Below are positions 30,777-38,478 of a DNA stretch of 64,000 bases, piece after piece. Source of the stretch: Nanobdellota archaeon (GTDB lineage Archaea; Nanobdellota; Nanobdellia; Pacearchaeales; GW2011-AR1). Under the pieces are notes generated by a model that was not told the DNA's origin, ran no database searches, and saw nothing but the letters and a program-made list of their open reading frames with translations. Each line of letters opens with the position of its first letter. The first letter of the stretch is position 1. The DNA lies in contig JAUSIK010000002.1 in the NCBI GenBank assembly GCA_030648155.1, forward strand, positions 17,205 to 81,204. Direction: 5' to 3'. Both the position numbers and the translations under genes were made by a program.

Positions 30777-32192
30777 ATGAAAGTTAAATCAAGACCTCGT
30801 AATTATTGGCATAATTGGGATAATTTTAGTAGAGAACTTTGCGAAGTAATTGATAATATAGGGCATTTTCCAAGTTCTACAGAATTATATAAATCAGGAA
30901 AAGCCGTGCTATGGGCTATAATGAGGGATCATCATGGTGGAGTAAATACTGTCAGAGAAAAATTTGGATACAGTAGAATTGAAAAACCGAAACAATACTC
31001 CCAATTAATGTTTGAAACTGAACAACAATTGAAGGAAAATCTAAAGGATTATATTGAAAGAGAATATGAAAAGGGTTCAGTGCATACGGTTACAGAAAAA
31101 TTAAATCAAAAACTTCAAGGCTTTTCGCTTAAGAGTCCGACAGTTTGGACATGGTTTAAAGTTCTAGGAATTAAAGCAAGAAAAGGATATGAAACCAATT
31201 CTCTTCAGACATGGGAAGAAAAGCCCTCAAAAGAACAACTAACACAATGGCATCTTAAAGAGGGAAAATCTGCTTATGAATTAAGTAAAAAATTTGGAGT
31301 CAGCCGTAATGCTGTTTTGAACCTTCTTCATACATCAGGTATAACTGTCCGTAATAAGAGAAATATTTATGATAATAAAGAAGCACGAAAGCACGCAATG
31401 GATGAACTTTTAAATGCTTGTAACAAGAGGCCTGAAGAAATAACTAGCCCAGATTTTGTTAAAGCACAAAAACAAGATGGAACATGTTATAGTGGAGTTC
31501 TTGCATGGTATCAACGAAAAAACTTAGGAAGTACAAAAAAATCCATAGATTTCCTTCTTGAAGATCTTTATGGAATTCCTTTAGAAGAAAGAAATCCAAA
31601 GTTAAAAAGAGGCTTGTACGAAAATAAGCAATACCGTAAAAAATTTGTTGATGAATTCCTGTCAAAAATTGACAAGCCTATTTATGAATTGAAACCTAAT
31701 GATTTTGCCAAAATAAAACAAGTCAATGGTCATTCTTATATTGGAATTATTACTTGGTACGCGGACGCGCACGAATGCAGTCATATACAAGCACTTGAAA
31801 TCCTCGCTCAAGATTTATTTGATAAAAATTTATCCCTATTAAGCAAAAGGATAACAATTGATAGATATAATAAAAAATCTTTCAGAAAAAAGGTTGTACA
31901 CCAACTTCTTGAATACCTTGGTAAAAACCCGGAAGAACTTTCTACAGATGATTTCGAAAAAAACAAACAAGAAGACGGCTCATCCTTTTTAAGGATCCTA
32001 CTATGGTACAAAAGAAAATACCAGTGTAAAATAGGAGAAGCAAGAGATAAGCTTGTAGAAGATATATTTAGCATAAATATGCCAGAAAAGAGAAAACTAA
32101 AAAAATTAAATCAGAAACCACAAAATCAAGTTAATAATTTTTTGAAAGATGACCTTGAAAATATATTAATTAAATATATTAAAGATAAGTAA
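30777..32192 (+). CDS. Composite protein P6: one YHGG unit + HTH-like segment + 3 copies of a second ~83-aa repeat
   Basis: N-terminal RNYWHNWDNFSRELCEVIDNIGHFPSSTELYKSGKAVLWAIMRDHHGGVNTVREKFGY. HTH-like KSAYELSKKFGVSRNAVLNLLHTSGI (~31227-31352). Three units of Y(D/E/N)NKxxRKxxxxxxL...PEE(I/L)(T/S)xxDFxKxKQxDGxxYxG(V/I)(L/I)xWY... (~31368-32075). Tail is DLENILIKYIKDK. A possible own TATA (ttaaaaaatatta) lies upstream. Confidence 0.75.
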   Translation: MKVKSRPRNYWHNWDNFSRELCEVIDNIGHFPSSTELYKSGKAVLWAIMRDHHGGVNTVREKFGYSRIEKPKQYSQLMFETEQQLKENLKDYIEREYEKGSVHTVTEKLNQKLQGFSLKSPTVWTWFKVLGIKARKGYETNSLQTWEEKPSKEQLTQWHLKEGKSAYELSKKFGVSRNAVLNLLHTSGITVRNKRNIYDNKEARKHAMDELLNACNKRPEEITSPDFVKAQKQDGTCYSGVLAWYQRKNLGSTKKSIDFLLEDLYGIPLEERNPKLKRGLYENKQYRKKFVDEFLSKIDKPIYELKPNDFAKIKQVNGHSYIGIITWYADAHECSHIQALEILAQDLFDKNLSLLSKRITIDRYNKKSFRKKVVHQLLEYLGKNPEELSTDDFEKNKQEDGSSFLRILLWYKRKYQCKIGEARDKLVEDIFSINMPEKRKLKKLNQKPQNQVNNFLKDDLENILIKYIKDK

Positions 32193-32218
32193 AACCCTTA
32201 ACAAATTAGCCGTATCAG

Positions 32219-32232
32219 AAAGATTTAAAAGT
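32219..32232 (+). promoter_or_regulatory. TATA-like box of glycosylase gene
   Basis: aaagatttaaaagt is centred ~27 nt upstream of ATG 32253. Confidence 0.5.
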
Positions 32233-32252
32233 ACTAGTAAAATACGAATAAA

Positions 32253-32795
32253 ATGGGAAAAAAGCCAAAAATAGATTTAGATGCACGAGTAGAATCGTAT
32301 CGTAGCTCTGCAAATGATATTCTTAATAAAGAGTTTTTTGCTAGAAGAGCAGAAGTAGTAGCCAGAGAAATTTTAGGCATGACTATGGTTCGTGTTCTTC
32401 CTAATAAAAGTATTATTAGAGCAAGAATCCATGAAATTGCTGCTTACGAGGGCACTACAAATAAGACTGCAGATACAATTAGTTATCCTCCTGGAGTTTT
32501 AGGGATAAGTATGCACTATGGGAATAATCTTATAGACATTGGAACACACAAAAGTGATTCCCCTTCCTGTATAACTCTAATCAGCGGGCTTTTTTACACA
32601 GGAAAAGAGCCAAAATTAGTACAAGGGCCTGGAAGACTTTCTAAGGAATTAGGGATTACACAAGAGCATGATAAGATTCCTATTTATGATAATCAACAAT
32701 TTTGGATTGAGCGTAATACTCAATATGGAGAAGAAGTCAAGAAGAGAGAAAAATCTGGGCTTCCTGAAAATTGTTTAGGGTTTTTCTACATATAA
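32253..32795 (+). CDS. DNA-3-methyladenine glycosylase, AAG/MPG family (divergent)
   Basis: FFARRAEVVAREILGMTMVR, ARIHEIAAYEG and GPGRLSKELGI follow the FF.R..vA..LLGk.L / grIvEtEAY / GPG+L..alGI order of the Pur_DNA_glyco family. Confidence 0.6.
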   Translation: MGKKPKIDLDARVESYRSSANDILNKEFFARRAEVVAREILGMTMVRVLPNKSIIRARIHEIAAYEGTTNKTADTISYPPGVLGISMHYGNNLIDIGTHKSDSPSCITLISGLFYTGKEPKLVQGPGRLSKELGITQEHDKIPIYDNQQFWIERNTQYGEEVKKREKSGLPENCLGFFYI

Positions 32796-32810
32796 TCCCA
32801 CATATCAACA

Positions 32811-32823
32811 CCCTTAAATATAC
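32811..32823 (+). promoter_or_regulatory. TATA-like box of gltX
   Basis: cccttaaatatac is centred ~25 nt upstream of ATG 32842. Confidence 0.5.
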
Positions 32824-32841
32824 AATTAAATTATCTACCCC

Positions 32842-34497
32842 ATGCTGGAAAAAGAAATTAAGGCTTATGCTTTGCGAAACGCAATTGAATACGGAAAAGC
32901 ATCTCCAGACAGAATTCTCCCAAAATTATTTCAGCATGGATTGCAGAAAGAAAATATAAAGGAAATTATGCCTGAAATTAAAAAAATAACTGATGAGGTA
33001 AATGCCCTTTCAAAAGAGGATCAACAAACTATTTTTGCAAATTACAAAGACATGATTAAAGAAAGAGTGGAAAAAGAAAAAACACTTCCAGAACTCCCTA
33101 ATGCTATACAAGGAAAAGTCCTCACAAGAATTGCACCTGAACCCTCCAAATACCTTCATATCGGGCACGCAATTTCATTTTTATTAAACTCTTTTTATGC
33201 AGAAAAATATAAAGGAAAATGCCTAATAAGATTTGACGACGCAAATCCAGAAAAAGTTAGCCAAGATTATGTTGATTCAATCCTAGACGACATAAAAAAT
33301 TATCTGGCAATTAAACCAAATAAAATTAAATTTATTTCAGATGATATGAAAATTTTCTATCAATATGCTGAAAAACTAATCAAGGATAATCATGCATTTA
33401 TGTGTTTCTGTGATAGAGAAAAAATGCAAAAATTGAGGCACGATGGAATAGAATGCAGTTGCCGTCAAAAAGACACTAAAACTCAAATGAAGGAGTGGAA
33501 AGATTTCCTTAAGGGTAAATATAAAGTGGGAAAAGCAGTATTAAGAATAAAAGGAAATATGCAGGATTCTAATCATGTTATGCGGGATCCAGTTATTTTT
33601 AGGTCTGTAAAAGAAGCACATTTTAGGACAAAAACAAAATACAAAGTCTGGCCTATGTATGATTTCTATAGCCCAGTGGAAGATAGCATCATGGGAGTAA
33701 CTCATATTTTAAGAAGCAATGAATTCGACCAAAGAGTCCCATTGCATAATCTTATTTCTCATCTATTGAAATTAAAACAGCAGGAAATAATTCAATATGG
33801 GAGGTTCAATGTTATGGATGCAACAACTAAAGGAAGAGAGATAAGAGATTTAATAAAATCAGGCGAATTTATTGGATGGGATGACCCTCGGCTTGTAACT
33901 TTAAAAGCTCTAAAAAGAAGAGGAATAACAAAAGAAGCCTTTCTTGAATTGTTAAATCATATAGGGCTTGTAAAGCACGATGTAAATCTAGATTTCAATA
34001 TGATTGCCTCTATAAATAGAAAAATAATTGACCCTATAGCAAAAAGATATTACTTTGTAGATAACCCACTCGAATTAGATATAAAAAATGCTCCATCTAC
34101 ATTGCAGATTGAAATTCCAATACATCCTAATAATCCAAAAGTATTAAGAGAAGTTAGAGTAACTCCAGGGAAAGTTTACATCTCAAAAAAGGATTTTAAT
34201 GAGTTTAAAGGAAAGGAAGTTAGGTTACTGCACCTATACAACATTAAACTTCCTTCTAAAGGTTCAAAAGCAGAATTCACTTCAATCGAAAATAAAGATA
34301 TTCCAAAAATTACTTGGGTTTCATTCCCTCAAAAAGCTAAAGTCTTAATGCCAGATGGCTCATGGGTTGAAGGTCTAGCTGATGAAAATATTAGAGAGTT
34401 AAAAGTTGATTCAATCATTCAGTTTGAGCGTTTTGGTTTTGTAAGACTTGATAAAATTTCCAAACAAGCCTATGAATTTTGGTTTGCACATAGATAA
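32842..34497 (+). CDS. gltX: Glutamyl-tRNA synthetase, archaeal type
   Basis: 551 aa. HIGH motif (EPSKYLHIGHAISF), LIRFDDANPEK, and GlxRS-type core and C-terminal barrel regions. The N-terminal YALRNAIEYGKA segment is as in archaeal GluRS. Confidence 0.85.
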   Translation: MLEKEIKAYALRNAIEYGKASPDRILPKLFQHGLQKENIKEIMPEIKKITDEVNALSKEDQQTIFANYKDMIKERVEKEKTLPELPNAIQGKVLTRIAPEPSKYLHIGHAISFLLNSFYAEKYKGKCLIRFDDANPEKVSQDYVDSILDDIKNYLAIKPNKIKFISDDMKIFYQYAEKLIKDNHAFMCFCDREKMQKLRHDGIECSCRQKDTKTQMKEWKDFLKGKYKVGKAVLRIKGNMQDSNHVMRDPVIFRSVKEAHFRTKTKYKVWPMYDFYSPVEDSIMGVTHILRSNEFDQRVPLHNLISHLLKLKQQEIIQYGRFNVMDATTKGREIRDLIKSGEFIGWDDPRLVTLKALKRRGITKEAFLELLNHIGLVKHDVNLDFNMIASINRKIIDPIAKRYYFVDNPLELDIKNAPSTLQIEIPIHPNNPKVLREVRVTPGKVYISKKDFNEFKGKEVRLLHLYNIKLPSKGSKAEFTSIENKDIPKITWVSFPQKAKVLMPDGSWVEGLADENIRELKVDSIIQFERFGFVRLDKISKQAYEFWFAHR

Positions 34498-34543
34498 TCT
34501 TCTATCTAGAAACATTTATATATCAATTAATATTTATGTCATC

Positions 34544-34975
34544 ATGTTTATGTCAAAAAGAGGTTTGAGTGACGTTGTAACAGTTTCGCTTATCATTTTG
34601 TTAGCGATAGCCGCTGTTGTAATTGTCTGGACTTTCGTGCGGCCAACGCTAGAAAGTACAGGTAAAGAAATAGCAAGTGGTAATTGTTTGGCAGTAGAAT
34701 TAAAGCCAATTAGTTGTTCTTTATCAGATGGTACAGTTAGACTAATAAATCAAGGAGGTCAAATTACGGTAAATTCTGTTAAATTAATTTATTATGATAA
34801 TGCAGGTGTAAGTGTCGGAACTGATGATGGAGATTGTAATAATATTGCACCAGCACAAACCCAATCTTGTCTTCCTGACAACGGAATTCCAGCTGGTGCA
34901 GTTAAAGCTTCAGTCGCTGCAGTTTTAGGCGACAAAGTTTGTCCTATTTCAACAACTACTGTTCCTTGTATTTAA
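34544..34975 (+). CDS. Archaeal type IV pilin-like protein (class III signal peptide)
   Basis: Track ORF trimmed to ATG 34544, ~27 nt downstream of TATA acatttatatatc. The N-terminus is MFMSKRGLS-DVVTVSLIILLAIAAVVIVW (basic residues, then G/S cleavage-type site, then a hydrophobic helix). The C-terminus has Cys pairs. Confidence 0.75.
   Translation: MFMSKRGLSDVVTVSLIILLAIAAVVIVWTFVRPTLESTGKEIASGNCLAVELKPISCSLSDGTVRLINQGGQITVNSVKLIYYDNAGVSVGTDDGDCNNIAPAQTQSCLPDNGIPAGAVKASVAAVLGDKVCPISTTTVPCI
34555..34674 (+). repeat. 120-nt tract identical to 35052-35171 (5' ends of two pilin genes)
   Basis: Exact nucleotide identity from aaaaagaggtttgagtgac... to ...gtaaagaaatagc. Identity stops abruptly at the end of the signal peptide/N-terminal helix region. 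Confidence 0.9.
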
Positions 34976-35040
34976 ATTTCTTAATAAAAATTCTATGTCC
35001 ACCTCGAAAGCTTTATAAATAAGAATTCCCACAATAAAGT

Positions 35041-35529
35041 ATGATAAACCAAAAAAGAGGTTTGAGTGACGTTGTAACAGTTTCGCTTATCATTTTGTTA
35101 GCGATAGCCGCTGTTGTAATTGTCTGGACTTTCGTGCGGCCAACGCTAGAAAGTACAGGTAAAGAAATAGCCGGTGGAAACTGTTTAGCAGTTGAAGTAA
35201 AGGTAGTAAGTTGCACAATTCCGAGAGATGCAGCAAGATTGCCAAATGGCCCAGCTACCGTAGTTGTAGAAAATGGCCCTGGCCAAACAACAGTTGACAA
35301 AGTAAAACTTGTCTACTACCAAACTGCAGCAGCAAACTCGAATTCAGAGATAGTTGATGGAAGCGTATCTTGCGACGATATAGGTCCTCTTGCTAGGAAG
35401 ACTTGTACAACAGCACTTGCAGGCATACCATATAACACCGTTGCCAATGCACCAGCTAAAGTTGGCGTTGCAGCAGTTTTAGGTGAAAGGACTTGTCCAG
35501 TTTCAACAGAAACTGTAACTTGCAGTTAA
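35041..35529 (+). CDS. Archaeal type IV pilin-like protein (class III signal peptide), paralog
   Basis: MINQKRGLS-DVVTVSLIILLAIAAVVIVW. The first ~43 mature-region residues are identical to the 34544 gene, and the globular part is divergent. The conserved C-terminal AAVLG(D/E)(K/R)xCP(I/V)ST(T/E)TVxC is shared. Confidence 0.75.
   Translation: MINQKRGLSDVVTVSLIILLAIAAVVIVWTFVRPTLESTGKEIAGGNCLAVEVKVVSCTIPRDAARLPNGPATVVVENGPGQTTVDKVKLVYYQTAAANSNSEIVDGSVSCDDIGPLARKTCTTALAGIPYNTVANAPAKVGVAAVLGERTCPVSTETVTCS
35052..35171 (+). repeat. 120-nt tract identical to 34555-34674
   Basis: See 34555-34674. Confidence 0.9.
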
Positions 35530-35542
35530 AACTTTATTTAAC

Positions 35543-35570
35543 TTTTTTTTCTAATTTATTTCTTTTTTTT
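35543..35570 (+). terminator. Oligo-T termination signals after pilin gene
   Basis: Two T8 runs (35543-35550 and 35563-35570) lie 14-40 nt after the stop at 35529. Archaeal RNAP terminates at oligo-T tracts. Confidence 0.45.
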
Positions 35571-35585
35571 CTTCACTAGGAAAAA

Positions 35586-36974
35586 TCATTTAATTTTATA
35601 AACCAAATCCAATTTAACATCATCTCTTAATTTATATTCTCTATATCTATATCCATCAGGGAGAATGCTGTTGCTGAATATATCTCCTTTTACTATATAA
35701 TAATCATATTCATTTCCAAATTCAGCCCTCTCCACCTTATCTAAATACTCCACATTTTTATTATCCAAATAAAATGGCAGTGGCCAATAACTATCAGACA
35801 CTATCAATATTCTCTCTCCTGATTTATACTGCCCTTCTAAATCTTTTATTAAATTTAAGATGTCTCCATCAGTATGAACATATGCAAAATAATTATCGCT
35901 TTGCCACGTATGAACGTAGTTGACATAAATAGAAAAGAATACTAAGTAAATTACTGCTACTCCTGTAATTGCTATGGATATTTTTCTATTAGGGATATGC
36001 CTAATCCCAATAACTGCCATCATAATCATTGGAAGTGTTATATTTACCACAAGCCAGGGAGTTTTGTATCCAATAAAACTGTATATTAGAAATATAAATA
36101 CGAACCAAATAGCCATGTTTCTCATGAATATATTTCTTCTATCTTTAATACATGCCCACAATCCAACTAAAGAAAGTAATAATAATGGAAATTCGTATTG
36201 AGCAATAAGTTCGATATAATAATAAAATGGCTTTTGATGTCCAGGTTCATTTAATCCTCTTTCTGTCCATGACAAATATCCATTAAATGAATTCTTTAAT
36301 CCAGAAAAATTACTGAAAAAACTTGTAAATAGAACAATGTAAATAAGCAAAAATAATACTATCGATGCCCAAATTTTCTTTCTATCGTTAAAATCTATAT
36401 CACTAATTTCTTTGTAATTTACAGCAACAATTACAGCCATAATAAATCCCATAATTATAGTCGTCTCCTTAGTAACTAATAAAAGTGCCAATGAAAGAGC
36501 AAACAAAGGTAATTGCTCTAAATTTTTACTCTCAATTATAGTAGTTAATGAATAAACACCCAAAAATCCAGCTAAAATGAATAAACTCTCATGTATGGAG
36601 TATCTCGAATAATATAATAAAGATGGTGATATAAGTAATAAAGAAGAAAAAAGATATTTATTATAGCTTCTTCTATTTTTTAAAAATAAAGGAATAATAA
36701 CTAGGGCAATTCCAAATATGGCTGATGGGAATCTCAATGCAAATTCATTTACCCCAAGCAGGAAAAAAGATAAAAACAATATAAAAAAATAAGATGGCCC
36801 GTGATAGTTTAAAGGGTCGTATGCAAAACCCCTCCCTTCAAGTATATTATCAGCAAAGAAGTAATTAACACCCTCATCATGATGCAGTGGCCTTATATCT
36901 AAAAATATCAATCTAGAAATAATTGCCAAAATAATAATCCCAATTATAATGTGATTTCTATTCAACTTCCGCAT
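35586..36974 (-). CDS. Polytopic membrane glycosyltransferase, GT-C (ArnT/PMT_2-like)
   Basis: 462 aa with ~12 hydrophobic helices. The first loop DIRPLHHDEGVNYFFA resembles the acidic DE-containing loop of GT39/GT83-type enzymes. Confidence 0.55.
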   Translation of the reverse strand: MRKLNRNHIIIGIIILAIISRLIFLDIRPLHHDEGVNYFFADNILEGRGFAYDPLNYHGPSYFFILFLSFFLLGVNEFALRFPSAIFGIALVIIPLFLKNRRSYNKYLFSSLLLISPSLLYYSRYSIHESLFILAGFLGVYSLTTIIESKNLEQLPLFALSLALLLVTKETTIIMGFIMAVIVAVNYKEISDIDFNDRKKIWASIVLFLLIYIVLFTSFFSNFSGLKNSFNGYLSWTERGLNEPGHQKPFYYYIELIAQYEFPLLLLSLVGLWACIKDRRNIFMRNMAIWFVFIFLIYSFIGYKTPWLVVNITLPMIMMAVIGIRHIPNRKISIAITGVAVIYLVFFSIYVNYVHTWQSDNYFAYVHTDGDILNLIKDLEGQYKSGERILIVSDSYWPLPFYLDNKNVEYLDKVERAEFGNEYDYYIVKGDIFSNSILPDGYRYREYKLRDDVKLDLVYKIK

Positions 36975-37170
36975 GCTTTCTTACCGATATAATAGGATTT
37001 AAATATTACTTTCTTAATGCGTATTAAGAATATAGAAAGGCTTTTTTCATTACTCCTGCGAATATTTCTTCTTCTCTTGATATATTTTCTGTTATATCCT
37101 ATACAGAAATAGCTAATTTACATTTTTGTAGAGCAAGATTTATATACTTCTTACATATCTTACTATTAAG

Positions 37171-37428
37171 ATGAAACAAGAAATCAAAGAAATAAGGACT
37201 ATTAAAATCACTGAAAAAGGACAGGTTTGCATCCCTAAGGAAGCAAGGGAAATAGCTGGATTTAAGGAAGGTTCTAAAGTAAATCTTATTGTGTATAATG
37301 ATAAAGTTGAACTTAGGCCTATGAAGAAAGGCATAAACGAGGCTATGTTTGCGATGCTTGCAAGTGAAGAAGTTTTGGCACAGGCTTGGAATACAAAAGA
37401 GGAAGATGAAGCATGGAAGGACTTATAA
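37171..37428 (+). CDS. mazE: AbrB/SpoVT-fold antitoxin (MazE-like)
   Basis: IKITEKGQVCIPKEAREIAGFKEGSKVNLIVYNDKVELRP is a SpoVT/AbrB swapped-hairpin motif. It overlaps the toxin gene by 16 nt. Confidence 0.7.
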   Translation: MKQEIKEIRTIKITEKGQVCIPKEAREIAGFKEGSKVNLIVYNDKVELRPMKKGINEAMFAMLASEEVLAQAWNTKEEDEAWKDL

Positions 37429-37754
37429 ATTACGAGAGAGGTGAAGTTGTAATATTTCGGTTTCCATTTTCAGATACAGGCGAAGTCAAAAAAAGGCCCT
37501 CTTTGGTTGTTGCGAAACTTAGGGGAGACCATGTAATTTTATCACAAATTACAAGTCAACCAAGACCTGATCCTGATCTAGTAGAACTGAAGCTTAAAGA
37601 CTTCCAATCTGGAAGTATTAGCAGGGATAGTTTTATTAGGTCTTCTATTTTATTTACAATTCATAAATCTAAAATTGACTATAAAGCAGGGAAATTAAAA
37701 CCTGAAAAAATCAAAGAAGTTGAAAAGAAACTTGTTGAGATTTTTACCCGCTAA
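37413..37754 (+). CDS. mazF: PemK/MazF-family endoribonuclease toxin
   Basis: RGEVVIFRFPFSDTGEVKKRPSLVVA...VILSQITSQ matches the MazF/PemK N-terminal pattern. Confidence 0.75.
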   Translation: MEGLINYERGEVVIFRFPFSDTGEVKKRPSLVVAKLRGDHVILSQITSQPRPDPDLVELKLKDFQSGSISRDSFIRSSILFTIHKSKIDYKAGKLKPEKIKEVEKKLVEIFTR

Positions 37755-37918
37755 TAATACGGCATACCATCGATATTCTGAAAAACTGATGATGTACCTC
37801 CTGTTTTGGGAAGATATAAAGCATTGGACTTATTTAATATAGAATTTAAAAAAGGTTCAGAAATTATTTTTAATAAACAAAACAATTAATTTAAATATTG
37901 CTTTTATCTATTAATAAA

Positions 37919-38458
37919 ATGATAGAGGTTGAAGGCAAAGTCAAAATATCTGATCCTGCATTTTTTAGGGAAAAAATAAAAAAATTAGCAAAATTCAAGA
38001 AAAAAGAAATTAAGATCGATGACTATTACACTCTAGAAAATTTAAATCATTATCCTAAAAAAAGCCTAAGAATAAGAAAAAAAGGAAGCATATATGAAAT
38101 CAACTTCAAACAGAGTTTATCCTTCAAGAATGGAATTCATGCAAAAGACGAGCATGAATTCACTCTAAAATCCATCAATCCATTCTTAAATCTAATAAAA
38201 GAATTTGGCTTCAAGCATTGGCTTAAGAAAGAAAAAATAACAGAGTTGTTTGAAATTTCGAAAAATTTCCACATAGAGCTTAACCATGTTAAAGAGTTAG
38301 GTTGGTTTTTAGAAATAGAGTACCTTTCTTCAAAAGATCAAATAAATTCAGCAAGAATGCAAGTTTCAAATATAATCAAGAAACTTGGCATAAAACAAAA
38401 CGATCTAGTGAAAGAAGGATATACCAAAATTCTCTGGAATAAAAAACTATATAAATAG
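37919..38458 (+). CDS. CYTH-domain protein (CyaB-like class IV adenylyl cyclase / triphosphatase)
   Basis: ATG 37919 is preferred over TTG 37898 (TATA aatttaaatatt ~28 nt upstream). MIEVEGKVKI at the start, SLRIRKKG, and WFLEIEY near the end are the CYTH ExExK ... R.R ... E.E hallmarks. Confidence 0.7.
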   Translation: MIEVEGKVKISDPAFFREKIKKLAKFKKKEIKIDDYYTLENLNHYPKKSLRIRKKGSIYEINFKQSLSFKNGIHAKDEHEFTLKSINPFLNLIKEFGFKHWLKKEKITELFEISKNFHIELNHVKELGWFLEIEYLSSKDQINSARMQVSNIIKKLGIKQNDLVKEGYTKILWNKKLYK

Positions 38459-38478
38459 TCATTTTCTAATAGTAACGT

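Noticed and set aside
17286-32192. Integrated provirus or other mobile element covering the hypothetical-gene block and the SNF2/repeat operon
   Set aside because: I could not find an integrase, transposase, capsid/terminase hallmark, flanking tRNA or att-like direct repeats. Composition looks the same as in the housekeeping parts by eye. This remains possible but unsupported.
32771-32959. Track ORFs 32771..32959, 5333..5515, 34448..34543 (N-terminal extension of the pilin ORF) and 35013..35300 (-)
   Set aside because: They overlap better-supported genes in another frame or extend upstream of a start codon that has canonical TATA spacing. No independent support exists.
34555-35171. Diversity-generating retroelement template/variable repeat pair (DGRs are known in DPANN archaea)
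   Set aside because: No reverse transcriptase is present in the window. The repeat is 100% identical rather than differing at adenines, and the mismatches after the identical tract are not A-specific.
37778-37812. C/D-box sRNA (CTGA at 37778-37781 followed by CTGATGA at 37786-37792)
   Set aside because: No matching terminal C box upstream or D box ~12 nt downstream is present, and no terminal stem can be formed. The boxes are probably chance occurrences just after the mazF stop.
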